A stretch of 64,000 nucleotides of DNA. Source: a virus. Taxonomy: Duplodnaviria > Caudoviricetes. This document shows, piece by piece, positions 17,325 to 25,906 of this stretch. A program made the translations under genes and the position numbers. The DNA is taken from positions 1-64,000 of the IMG/VR virus record IMGVR_UViG_3300032219_001867, one strand, 5' to 3'. Below the pieces are notes generated by a model. The model was not told the DNA's origin and did no database searches. It saw nothing but the letters and a program-made list of their open reading frames with translations. Numbering within the stretch: the stretch's first letter is position 1; every line of letters begins with the position of its first letter.

Positions 17325-17540
17325 TTAGTTATTGCCAAGACCGGGCCAGTGACCAGGGATAAAAGGGTGCTCAATGTGGTACCCAAATACCAACTCATCG
17401 GCAGTGTTCTTGTTAGTAAACGCCTTGCTGCAATTACGGCAAGTGGTGTGTACCTTTACATCAGTCGTATCTGCGGCTTGTGCCAGCAGTTTGTTAATAC
17501 GGTCATCGCGTGATGCTTCGGATGGGTTTTTATTAGCCAT
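17325..17540 (-). CDS. small Cys/His protein
   Basis: Start moved to ATG 17540; CRNC...H..H. Confidence 0.6.
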   Translation of the reverse strand: MANKNPSEASRDDRINKLLAQAADTTDVKVHTTCRNCSKAFTNKNTADELVFGYHIEHPFIPGHWPGLGNN

Positions 17541-17542
17541 GG

Positions 17543-17893
17543 TTACTTCCACTTTCCTTCGTATTCTCCGCCTTGACACTTGGGGCAATCATCCGCATGA
17601 ACTGCTGTCATGGGGAGTACAAACTTGGTTTCAGGGTCAATGTCGTAAATGTAGTGGTGACCAGTGCTATCCGGCGTTTGAACAGTTTCTGTAGACAAAT
17701 GTGTGCCAGTTTTACGAATGTTATTTGTAAACTGAACATTGGTGCGCCGCCTACGCACTGTGGCATTTTTCTGTGCACGCGCTACAGCAAGGTTACTAAC
17801 GTAGTTAAAAACCATGTTGAGGTCTTCTGGAGAACCTGCTTGTGGGGCATTATTGCCCAAAATTATTCCACGGTCAGGAGGATTGAGTGCCAT
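17543..17893 (-). CDS. orphan protein
   Basis: 116 aa; starts MALNPPDRG; H...CPKC. Confidence 0.7.
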   Translation of the reverse strand: MALNPPDRGIILGNNAPQAGSPEDLNMVFNYVSNLAVARAQKNATVRRRRTNVQFTNNIRKTGTHLSTETVQTPDSTGHHYIYDIDPETKFVLPMTAVHADDCPKCQGGEYEGKWK

Positions 17894-18093
17894 TATGCTA
17901 ATTTACCTTTCACACGACGCGTCATTCGGTTTTCGTGACAACCGGGGCAAAGGCCCTTACTGTACATGTACTGCACGGGATTCATCATTACTCCACATTG
18001 AGGACATGGCGCAGAACCCCTGTACCTGGTTTCGTTTTCTGCAATTTTTCGCGCTTGAAGTTCCATAGTGAACGCGCCGTCTCCATCGTCCAT
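17893..18093 (-). CDS. zinc-ribbon protein
   Basis: CPQC...CPGC; TAATG coupling on both sides. Confidence 0.7.
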   Translation of the reverse strand: MDDGDGAFTMELQARKIAENETRYRGSAPCPQCGVMMNPVQYMYSKGLCPGCHENRMTRRVKGKLA

Positions 18094-18485
18094 TAGTTTC
18101 CTTCCAAACTGTTACGGGAAGAACCGGAGTAACTTCCAACTCCTCCTGAATACCATGATACGCGAGGCTCTGTGTACACGCGGTCAATACTCACAACATC
18201 TTCAATCTCGGGTTGAGTGCGCGGTCCGTAACCAAATCGTTTGGGAAAGAGTCTAATTTGTGGCAATGGGGAAATAACGCTTTTGCGAATCTGGGATGCC
18301 GTCATGCTTCCTACAACCAATGCTTGCTGAGTTAAACGCTCTTCGTTAGACGCCCAAGGTCCTAAGTAAGACCATGATTGCTCTGCGGATGTGGGGGCAT
18401 AACGATTGGTTGCGTTTGCGCCACTATCTCCAGGACCTGCCCACGGTTTAGTTTGGTCGTAGTTACCGTCAAATCTGGAAGTCAT
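18093..18485 (-). CDS. hypothetical G/S/P-rich protein
   Basis: 130-aa ORF in operon. Confidence 0.75.
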   Translation of the reverse strand: MTSRFDGNYDQTKPWAGPGDSGANATNRYAPTSAEQSWSYLGPWASNEERLTQQALVVGSMTASQIRKSVISPLPQIRLFPKRFGYGPRTQPEIEDVVSIDRVYTEPRVSWYSGGVGSYSGSSRNSLEGN

Positions 18486-18486
18486 G

Positions 18487-19020
18487 TTACTTCCAGACTG
18501 GCTTGAGGTAGTTCAGCATGTCAGCACGACGAACGTTGATTGTTCCCGGCTCTCCGGCTCGCGTGTTGGCTTTTCCGTCATTAACCAAGTGAGGTGCGGG
18601 GGTAAGTCGGATATCTTGCGTAAACCGAGGAATGCGGTACGTGGTAACACCATTAGACATAACCGGCTTAGCTTTCATCTGACGCTTTAAACCGTCTTCT
18701 GCGCCAAACTCTGGTGCCCAAAAATACGAAGAGGGCTCAATGCGTTCACCCTTGTGGACACCGCGCTGATAGGCTTTCTGGTTGACGCGGTTCTTGATGC
18801 TGTCAAGTAGGCGGTCATCACGACGGCTACGAATTGTTCCCAAGTAACCATCGGGATACTCTGCGCTGGGGACACGTCCAGTACCAATACGGATTGCATC
18901 TAGGTCTGACCGCGCAATTGGCGTACCAGAACCACCCTGGTTGTTATACCCGTTAAGTCCCCCGGCTCCTAGCGACTGCCAGTTTTGCTGGGGGGAGAAG
19001 TTACTGTTTCCACCAGCCAC
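18487..19020 (-). CDS. hypothetical protein
   Basis: 177 aa; YPDGYLGTI.SRR.D and YQRGVHKGERI. Confidence 0.8.
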   Translation of the reverse strand: MAGGNSNFSPQQNWQSLGAGGLNGYNNQGGSGTPIARSDLDAIRIGTGRVPSAEYPDGYLGTIRSRRDDRLLDSIKNRVNQKAYQRGVHKGERIEPSSYFWAPEFGAEDGLKRQMKAKPVMSNGVTTYRIPRFTQDIRLTPAPHLVNDGKANTRAGEPGTINVRRADMLNYLKPVWK

Positions 19021-19322
19021 TACATTTGTCCTTGCTGTTGGGCTCCCAAAGCTGCGGGTGTCGTGGGGGAAGATGAGCCGTTATCCCAGTTGACAAAAGA
19101 ACCTCGATAATTCGCGGAACCACGGTTTACACCAAAACTCTTTGTATCCCAAGCGGTGAGGCGAGACGACCCGTAATTAGCGGCACTTGCGGGAGCAACG
19201 TGAATTGCCATGTCGGGGCTTTGCTTGCCAAAGGAAGCACCGGGGTCACCAGGAATAGAGTTAGTTCCACTACCCAACTGTTGACCCGCTGAAAGCATGG
19301 GGTGGATGTCAAACATAGCCAT
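19020..19322 (-). CDS. low-complexity G/S/A protein
   Basis: 100 aa, GTG start. Confidence 0.65.
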   Translation of the reverse strand: MAMFDIHPMLSAGQQLGSGTNSIPGDPGASFGKQSPDMAIHVAPASAANYGSSRLTAWDTKSFGVNRGSANYRGSFVNWDNGSSSPTTPAALGAQQQGQM

Positions 19323-19337
19323 GTGGCTTACCCCGTA

Positions 19338-19754
19338 CTAGTAGGAGGACTGAATTCCTGCGTCAAAGTTTGGGTTTACGCGACCCTGAACCGAGGGTAC
19401 GATGCGAGCATTTGCCATCGTCGGTCCTGCGGCGGGGTCAAGTTCCATAAACGTTGCTTTAGGGTGAATGCGGTAAGTAGCACCTATGCGCTCAATGTTT
19501 ACCCGGTTTTGCTTTGAGCCAGGGTCACTGGGGTCGGCAGACTGAGTATTCTTGCGGGGAATCAAGGTGCCTTGAAGTGCTGGAGAGGACGACCCAACAG
19601 AAATGCGTGAACTGCCGTACATAGCGGCGTCTGCGGTTGCTTCTTCTGCGGTCTTGTGAACTCGTGTCATGTTTGTACCTGCTGCTTCGTGGTGGTTAGA
19701 TGGCGCACCCATGCGACGGCGCATACCGTGACCGATGCTGGACCAATTTGCCAT
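19338..19754 (-). CDS. low-complexity basic protein
   Basis: 138 aa, AAGGAG RBS. Confidence 0.75.
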   Translation of the reverse strand: MANWSSIGHGMRRRMGAPSNHHEAAGTNMTRVHKTAEEATADAAMYGSSRISVGSSSPALQGTLIPRKNTQSADPSDPGSKQNRVNIERIGATYRIHPKATFMELDPAAGPTMANARIVPSVQGRVNPNFDAGIQSSY

Positions 19755-19792
19755 GAGAACTCCTTAGCTCTTATATCAAGAGTAGAGGTTAT

Positions 19793-20086
19793 TTAGCTTG
19801 CTGTAACGACAAAAACAATCGCAGAAATCTCACCATCTCGTGATTCAATGGTGGCAAACCCAGGCTTGCAAACTAAGTCAAGACCTCGGGGAGCGACATA
19901 CCCACGGGCAATGGCGATTGCCTTTACGGCCTGGTTGTTTGCTCCTGCTCCAACGGCACGCAACTTGACCATTCGAGTGTCGTAAATTGCGTGGGCAATT
20001 GCTGAGGCTAGTGCTTGCGGGTTAGAACCTGCGGCAACTTTGAGGAATGGTTCTTCGGACGAATTGATAACGATGTCTTCTGACAC
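19793..20086 (-). CDS. spoVS: SpoVS-family (Alba-like) protein
   Basis: LKVAAGSNPQALASAIA...AVGAGANNQAVKAIAIARGYVAPRGLDL...PGF. Confidence 0.92.
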   Translation of the reverse strand: MSEDIVINSSEEPFLKVAAGSNPQALASAIAHAIYDTRMVKLRAVGAGANNQAVKAIAIARGYVAPRGLDLVCKPGFATIESRDGEISAIVFVVTAS

Positions 20087-20140
20087 GGATGGTGTTCCTT
20101 AATAATAGTCGGTGCCATCCTCACTATCAGGGTACAGAAG

Positions 20141-20728
20141 TTATTGAACCGTGTCCCGGTATCTAATATCAGAAACTTGTTCAACAATTGCTTTTTCTAT
20201 GGCGTCAATTTGCACGCTTCCAGCCAATCTGGCAAGGGCATACGCGTCTGCTGCATTGTCGTCGTTAAATTCAATGCCCCAACGCTTGTAAATCTGTAAC
20301 AACATCTCTTGTTTCTTGGAAGTTCCCTTACCTGACGCGTACTTCTTGAGTGTCATGGGCGGAACTTGAAGTGGTGTGCGAAGTTCTGGTTGGTTGCCGT
20401 ACATTACCCACAAAGTCATCTTTACAACGGCGGACAACTCACCTAACACCAACGCCGAATGGGATGCCAAAACAGTACCTTCCATGGCAACGTCTACAAT
20501 CTTGTGACCAGACATCAGCATGAGCTTTCCGCGCATCCACTGAGAGATGTCGTACAGCCTCTGTACGCCGTTGTACGGGGACTTGTACACCCATGTGTCG
20601 TGGTGACTGGGGTCGTCTAAACTAACCGCTGACAGGGCAAACCCAGTAAGTGACTGGTCAATGCCAATAGCAATGAACTTGGTCTTGGATACTCCGGGAC
20701 CGAAATGCTTTTCTTTACCAACAGTCAT
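20141..20728 (-). CDS. ruvC: RuvC-like Holliday junction resolvase
   Basis: IGIDQSLT, AMEG, P.TLKKYASGKG...KQEM, DDNAADAYAL. Confidence 0.88.
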   Translation of the reverse strand: MTVGKEKHFGPGVSKTKFIAIGIDQSLTGFALSAVSLDDPSHHDTWVYKSPYNGVQRLYDISQWMRGKLMLMSGHKIVDVAMEGTVLASHSALVLGELSAVVKMTLWVMYGNQPELRTPLQVPPMTLKKYASGKGTSKKQEMLLQIYKRWGIEFNDDNAADAYALARLAGSVQIDAIEKAIVEQVSDIRYRDTVQ

Positions 20729-20928
20729 TTGCCTATGATTCCCAACAAGTTGTTTATTTCTTTTACTGTATTTTCTCCAGTGATAAGCCCAATAATGTGT
20801 CTCACGTATGGGTCAGCAATCTCAGGTGCATCCCATACTTCAGCTTCTAGTAGCGCAATGATGCGTTCCCGTTCCTGCTCTGCGCCAGTTCGGATGTCGT
20901 GTTGGCGAAGGGGGCTTTTCTCCTTCAT
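20725..20928 (-). CDS. small helical protein (ERERII family)
   Basis: GAEQERERIIALL. Confidence 0.65.
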   Translation of the reverse strand: MKEKSPLRQHDIRTGAEQERERIIALLEAEVWDAPEIADPYVRHIIGLITGENTVKEINNLLGIIGK

Positions 20929-21023
20929 TTTAATTCTCCTAAAGGTTTAATAGAATAATTACAGCTATTGGTGAAACGATAACCACGATAAGTATGGTTA
21001 TCCACCAAGCCCACGCTTCAAGT

Positions 21024-21218
21024 TCATGTACGTGTTTTGGGCGTTTTGCCATTAATCAGTTCAATCGCCATTTCAATACCGCGTGCGCGGTCCATGTCTC
21101 CTGCTACATCTTTGACTTCGTCTGAAAGCAGTTGGTGCAGACTTTCAAGTATCTTTGCGCGTTCTTTTGTTGCGCCCATTTCCATCCAATAAGTGTTAGT
21201 TAAACTACGCTCACTCAT
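21024..21218 (-). CDS. small helical protein (ERERII family)
   Basis: GATKERAKILESL. Confidence 0.65.
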   Translation of the reverse strand: MSERSLTNTYWMEMGATKERAKILESLHQLLSDEVKDVAGDMDRARGIEMAIELINGKTPKTRT

Positions 21219-21679
21219 TACACGCCCCAGTCCTTACGCATGGCTCGCTGGTCGTGGGTACGACGAGTAATTTCTCGGGAAACCAGTGACAGGTCACGTT
21301 CGTGGTTATTTAACAGCATTTCTACCATCTTGCGGTAAGCGTACTTGTTTTCATAATCCTGGGAAAGAGAAACAATCGTGGGGTCAACAGAAATTTGAGC
21401 TTTGACAATGGTGATTCGCTCACCACGAGTTGCGGCTCCCATACGCTGTACAAGCTGAGTGTTTTCTGCAAACTCCAACTTTTTTAAAGCTGAGCGCTCT
21501 TCAATCTGAGAAATTGCCATTTGAGAAGCAATGTAATCTGCCCATGCCGTCAACTCAGTAAACTTCTCTGCCAACTGTTCGCTACTAAGGTCGGTAATGT
21601 CCATAGGCATTTCTACCTGGTCCAAAGGTGGTTTGGTAAACTCAATGCCAAAATCAGCAAACCTTTGCAAAACTTCCAT
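21218..21679 (-). CDS. coiled-coil protein, possibly a UvsY-like recombination mediator
   Basis: 153 aa helical, ends SREITRR; lies among recombination genes (function is inference). Confidence 0.5.
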   Translation of the reverse strand: MEVLQRFADFGIEFTKPPLDQVEMPMDITDLSSEQLAEKFTELTAWADYIASQMAISQIEERSALKKLEFAENTQLVQRMGAATRGERITIVKAQISVDPTIVSLSQDYENKYAYRKMVEMLLNNHERDLSLVSREITRRTHDQRAMRKDWGV

Positions 21680-21681
21680 TT

Positions 21682-21900
21682 CTATTCTCCCAAAGTATCT
21701 TGCTCAAGTTCCCAGTCCACCAAAGTCACCTTGATGTCATCCCACTCAAAAAATTCCATCTCTTCAAACTTTGTTGGGACTACCTCAGAAATAAGGTAAT
21801 TAGGCGATGGCTCTTTACCCGTTTCTTGCACAAAAGCTTCTACTTCTGCGTCAATGTCTACGTAATAGACAACGGTTACTTTTCCTTTAATAGATGTCAT
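21682..21900 (-). CDS. hypothetical protein
   Basis: 72 aa, AAGGAGGAG RBS. Confidence 0.7.
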   Translation of the reverse strand: MTSIKGKVTVVYYVDIDAEVEAFVQETGKEPSPNYLISEVVPTKFEEMEFFEWDDIKVTLVDWELEQDTLGE

Positions 21901-22754
21901 GACTCCTCCTTATATGGCGCGCATTGCTTGCACGACCCTTTAGGTCCTACATTACATGATGGGGCAGTGTTTTCTTCAACCGCGTTTACGACTTGCCGTG
22001 CGGCGTCAAAAACATGACGAACAAGTTCATAATCAGGTTTAACAGAAAACTCTTTGTACGATTGGTCTGCTTTAAGCTCGTACAAAAAAACAATTTCATT
22101 TACTGGGGTGCCCATTCGCTTCATAAGTTCAAGGTACATTTGCCCCTGCATAATGTGGGGAGAAAACGGTCGTCGAATGTTCCCCCACACCTTCATAAAG
22201 TCCCCGTTGTTATCAGGAAAAAGGTGGGGAACTTCACTTCGCAAGGTACCAGGACCTATTGACTTTATCTCAATCAAGCAGTCTTCTTTGATTCCTTTAA
22301 TCCAACCGTCGGTGTGCCCTTTAATGCGGAGGGAATCGTCATACAAAGTTACTTCGTCGTAGGTTAGCTTGGTCCATGGGGCTTGGCAGTGTAGGCATTC
22401 TTTTGGGGAAGTGCCCAGAGTTACATCATCACAAGCCGAGCAGATAAACCTGCCGTACAAGACACCCATGTCTTGAAACCAACGTTGCCATTTGTAATGG
22501 ATGGCATGGCCTTCGTCAAAAATGCTTTGTACACGCAAAGGAAAACGGTCAGGAGCCTTAGGTTTTCCTTGAAGAAGAAAATAGGCTGCTCGATGGCACC
22601 AATCTTTTTTAATGATTTCTGACGGGTGCAACACTGTGGTAGAACGGTCTCCAGGTGGCCTAGACAGAATGTACCGTTCAACAGAACCAATAAGGCGAGA
22701 GGGTTTGGATGTAGTATCCAAAAACATTTTGAGGTCAGACTTTTTATCAACCAT
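21897..22754 (-). CDS. Cas4/RecB-like PD-(D/E)XK exonuclease
   Basis: HPSE...WC.R, G..IH, GHTDG, IEIKS, Q...Y, C-terminal Cys cluster. Confidence 0.85.
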   Translation of the reverse strand: MVDKKSDLKMFLDTTSKPSRLIGSVERYILSRPPGDRSTTVLHPSEIIKKDWCHRAAYFLLQGKPKAPDRFPLRVQSIFDEGHAIHYKWQRWFQDMGVLYGRFICSACDDVTLGTSPKECLHCQAPWTKLTYDEVTLYDDSLRIKGHTDGWIKGIKEDCLIEIKSIGPGTLRSEVPHLFPDNNGDFMKVWGNIRRPFSPHIMQGQMYLELMKRMGTPVNEIVFLYELKADQSYKEFSVKPDYELVRHVFDAARQVVNAVEENTAPSCNVGPKGSCKQCAPYKEES

Positions 22755-23074
22755 TATCTTTTCTTACTCACCAACTCTATGTAATCTTTAATGGGCATCG
22801 AACTGTGGGGGCTTTTTTTCCATTTTCTGAGCAAGGCGTTACGTTCTCTGTGACTCATACCTCCCCAAATTCCGTGCACCTCGTCTGTTTCAATGGCGTA
22901 AAGAAGGCACTGGACTCTGACCGGACACTCAGGTCTTCCATTGGCACCAAAACAATGGAGTTTGGCTTTAGCGGCAATACTTCTGTAAAGGTCCTTGTCT
23001 CTTGGGGGAAAAAACAACTCCGTGTCTACACCATTGCACTGCGCATCGTCGCGCCAGGATTCGTCTCTAAGCAT
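22754..23074 (-). CDS. whiB: WhiB-family transcription factor
   Basis: W...AQC...DTELFFP, CPV...C, GIWGG...RER. Confidence 0.92.
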   Translation of the reverse strand: MLRDESWRDDAQCNGVDTELFFPPRDKDLYRSIAAKAKLHCFGANGRPECPVRVQCLLYAIETDEVHGIWGGMSHRERNALLRKWKKSPHSSMPIKDYIELVSKKR

Positions 23075-23411
23075 CGTGTGTTTTATACCACATCTCTAGA
23101 AAATCTGTTTCAAGAAGAATTACGTAATCTTCACCGTCAAGGTGGATACCAAATACAGGAAGTCTTCCATCCATGATTGCTTCAATAGTAATCTTCTTTA
23201 GTTCAACAGAACTAATTGTTTTTGTTTTCTTTCCTGTCCACTTGTGCTCTATAAGTAAATCGTTATTACGAACGTCTCCTTTTCTAGACCAAAAAGCACC
23301 GGAGGCAGCGGTAGTGCTACCTCCGATGGCTTTGGCAATACGTTTTTCATGAGCTTGAGATTGCTTTTGCCCCTCACTCTTCGACAAGGATGCCAGCTTT
23401 ATACGCCTCAA
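23067..23411 (-). CDS. Hjc-like PD-(D/E)XK resolvase/endonuclease
   Basis: HEKR.A...SGA...KGDV...LIEHK; start may be further downstream. Confidence 0.75.
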   Translation of the reverse strand: MRRIKLASLSKSEGQKQSQAHEKRIAKAIGGSTTAASGAFWSRKGDVRNNDLLIEHKWTGKKTKTISSVELKKITIEAIMDGRLPVFGIHLDGEDYVILLETDFLEMWYKTHDA

Positions 23412-23616
23412 TGATGCGTGGGATTAAAAACGTAAAAATTTCGCGAACTTCGCAATCTCCGCAACCGCAATACGGCTGACCAGATAGGGTTTCAAACCCT
23501 TCGCTAGTGGCTTCATCTTCGTCATACGCAAGATTCCAGCATTGACCCATATACTGTTCAAAATCGGAATGTAACTTCTTTGCCCATTCCACGTCGGTGT
23601 GAACGTAGTTACTCAC
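23374..23616 (-). CDS. hypothetical protein
   Basis: 80 aa; PYCGCGDC..RE. Confidence 0.7.
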   Translation of the reverse strand: MSNYVHTDVEWAKKLHSDFEQYMGQCWNLAYDEDEATSEGFETLSGQPYCGCGDCEVREIFTFLIPRIIEAYKAGILVEE

Positions 23617-24661
23617 TCATGGCCTCCATAATGCTGTCCGGTGTGTGCAAAACTTTTTCTCGCAAGTCTTCCATGAGGTCAACTTCTTCACGAATCGAGT
23701 TCACAAGGTTTTCTTGTCCCTGCCATTTACGTTCACCGTAATAAATCCAGCCACCTTTACGGTCTACGATTCCCTTTACAATTGCCATAGACGCAATTTC
23801 TTTGGCAAAATCAAAATCTCCGGCACCATAAATGCCGTGGTCTTGAAAGTAAAAGTCTACGTAAGCAACACGCTGTGGTGGGGCTACCTTATTTTTGGTG
23901 GTACGAATTTTCATTCGTTGGCCTACTCGCACTTTGTTGGTACCCGTTCCAGCTTCAATCCACTCGTCACGACGAACTTCGCACTTGGTAAAGTACGCGT
24001 AATCTTTACCTTGTCCTCCTGGTGTAGTACGTGGGTCCCCGTGCATGACACCAATCTTCATGCGGTATTGGTTAATGACAATCCCAAGAACTGGTCGTTC
24101 GGCCTCAACGAGACTCCGCTTCATCGCTGAACCGGCTTTGCGGAAAAACTTATTTGTAATAAGCGCACCACGACCAACTGTCATTTCATCCATGTTCTTG
24201 TCATTTTCTGGACTTGGAACTAGGGCGGGTAGAGAGTCAATGACAATAGCATCAATGGACTTAGACTCAGCAAACGCCAACACAGCGTCGTAAGCCTCTT
24301 CCATGATGTTGGTTTCAACGACTATCACTCGGCTGGTATCCACGCCACACAACTCTGCGTAATCTGGAACCCACTGCTCAGCAGCAATCCATACCGTTGT
24401 GTGGTCTTCCTTGATGGCTTGATTAGCGGCTATACATTTGAGTGCAAGAGCAGTTTTACCGTGACTGGGGTCGCCCACAAGTTCGTTCCATTGGTTAGCG
24501 GGAAACCCCCCACCAAGAATGTAATCAAAAGTTGTGGAACCTGTTGTAATACTTTTGATTAGGTCTTGTCGGATGTCTTGTCCAATGACAGCAATGTTAT
24601 CGCCAAAGCGCTTATTGATTGCTGCCATAATTTTTTTGGCTTCGGGATTAATGGTCGTCAT
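23609..24661 (-). CDS. recA: RecA recombinase
   Basis: Walker A GDPSHGKT, IVIDSL, INQYRMKIGVM.G.P.TTPGG, KNKVAPP. Confidence 0.95.
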   Translation of the reverse strand: MTTINPEAKKIMAAINKRFGDNIAVIGQDIRQDLIKSITTGSTTFDYILGGGFPANQWNELVGDPSHGKTALALKCIAANQAIKEDHTTVWIAAEQWVPDYAELCGVDTSRVIVVETNIMEEAYDAVLAFAESKSIDAIVIDSLPALVPSPENDKNMDEMTVGRGALITNKFFRKAGSAMKRSLVEAERPVLGIVINQYRMKIGVMHGDPRTTPGGQGKDYAYFTKCEVRRDEWIEAGTGTNKVRVGQRMKIRTTKNKVAPPQRVAYVDFYFQDHGIYGAGDFDFAKEIASMAIVKGIVDRKGGWIYYGERKWQGQENLVNSIREEVDLMEDLREKVLHTPDSIMEAMSE

Positions 24662-24863
24662 TAGCGCTCCAGAAACTGCTTAGAATAAGGTCGAGCTTTG
24701 AGTCGGCGTCATTCTTCATTAGAATGTTGACGATACGGTCACGCTCAAACTCGCGTCCGCGAATGTACGCCTTGCTAATCCACTCGTCCATTTCGTGAGT
24801 CTCTACCATTGCATCCATATTAGTCTTCATTTTGTTTTCCTTATCTATTGTGGTATTGGTCAT
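24648..24863 (-). CDS. small helical protein (ERERII family)
   Basis: GREFERDRIVNIL; start may be the downstream ATG after AAGGA. Confidence 0.6.
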   Translation of the reverse strand: MTNTTIDKENKMKTNMDAMVETHEMDEWISKAYIRGREFERDRIVNILMKNDADSKLDLILSSFWSANDDH

Positions 24864-25243
24864 TCACCAATCCTACCGATGATTCCTTGTGGGTTCCAAT
24901 TGCTTTGAATGTCGTTTCCCATGGACGCTTTTGCCGAACCTTCGACGTGAGCGCCAGCAAGAGAACCGTAACGAGAACCAGACTGCTCCAGAGGATACCC
25001 GCAGTCAAAACAACGGGGAGCAGAATTAGCCACTGACATGTAGTTACCAGACCCACAGTCAGGACATGAAGCCGTTTGTGATGCACTTTGTGCCCTTTCA
25101 CTCGTAGGTCGTTGAAGCTGGGGCATTTGCGCCATCGGCTGTTGACTCATAGGCATTTGCGGTGTTGGGTCTGGACGGCCTTGTGGCGCAGGAGACTTGC
25201 CTTGCTCCGCCATTTTCTTAGCCCACCAGTCGGCGTTACTCAT
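24860..25243 (-). CDS. zinc-ribbon protein with P/Q-rich N-terminus
   Basis: CPDCGS.NY...RCFDCGYP. Confidence 0.8.
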   Translation of the reverse strand: MSNADWWAKKMAEQGKSPAPQGRPDPTPQMPMSQQPMAQMPQLQRPTSERAQSASQTASCPDCGSGNYMSVANSAPRCFDCGYPLEQSGSRYGSLAGAHVEGSAKASMGNDIQSNWNPQGIIGRIGE

Positions 25244-25496
25244 CTATTTTTTCTCCTACAACCTTGTCAACAAAGTGGATGTATTCTATGTGAGCAGCAA
25301 TATCCTCTTCGTGAGTAAGTTTGTCAATATTAAATTGCTTACCAAGTTCTAGTAACTCAATTAGTTCAGGAATTAAAGAATACAGGAACTTTGCTTCGGA
25401 GTACCAGACCATAGCAGGGTGTTTATTCCCCAACTTTTTAAACTTTGCAATGGCAAGAGAAAACTTCTGGTCATAAGTTAACGGTTCTTTTTCCAT
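25236..25496 (-). CDS. hypothetical protein
   Basis: 86 aa. Confidence 0.65.
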   Translation of the reverse strand: MEKEPLTYDQKFSLAIAKFKKLGNKHPAMVWYSEAKFLYSLIPELIELLELGKQFNIDKLTHEEDIAAHIEYIHFVDKVVGEKIDE

Positions 25497-25906
25497 ATTG
25501 AGTTCCTTTTTCGAGAGGGCATGTTGAGCATCCCTAAGTCTACAAGTTGGGAGATTGCACCTACCAAAGTATTAGTTGCAATTTGTGTAAAAATCTTTTG
25601 AGTTGCTTTCCAGGCTTCTGGAGGAATTTCTTCTTCAGCAACCTCTTTCTGATGTGCAACCGTGCCCTGTGCCATGGCGTGAGATAGTGCATACAGGATT
25701 GGAATTAAGGGGGATATTCGACCTACTCGTAAATCGCTCTCTTCTTCCTCTTTGTTGTTCACTTCTTCACTTATTGCTGAACACCCAAGAAAAGACGAAA
25801 TTTCTTGTGGATTGGGAATCTGGGAATCGTAAACAAAACCGCGTATGCGGGCTTGAATCTCAGCCACAGAAATATCTGCGGAATAATTTTTTCGCCAAAA
25901 GTTCAT
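25478..25906 (-). CDS. hypothetical protein
   Basis: Start moved to ATG 25906 (ATGA overlap with polA). Confidence 0.7.
   Translation of the reverse strand: MNFWRKNYSADISVAEIQARIRGFVYDSQIPNPQEISSFLGCSAISEEVNNKEEEESDLRVGRISPLIPILYALSHAMAQGTVAHQKEVAEEEIPPEAWKATQKIFTQIATNTLVGAISQLVDLGMLNMPSRKRNSIWKKNR

Noticed and set aside
21897-22754. Cas4-like gene as evidence of a CRISPR-Cas system
   Set aside because: No repeat-spacer array or other cas genes are present; solo Cas4-like nucleases are common in phage recombination modules.
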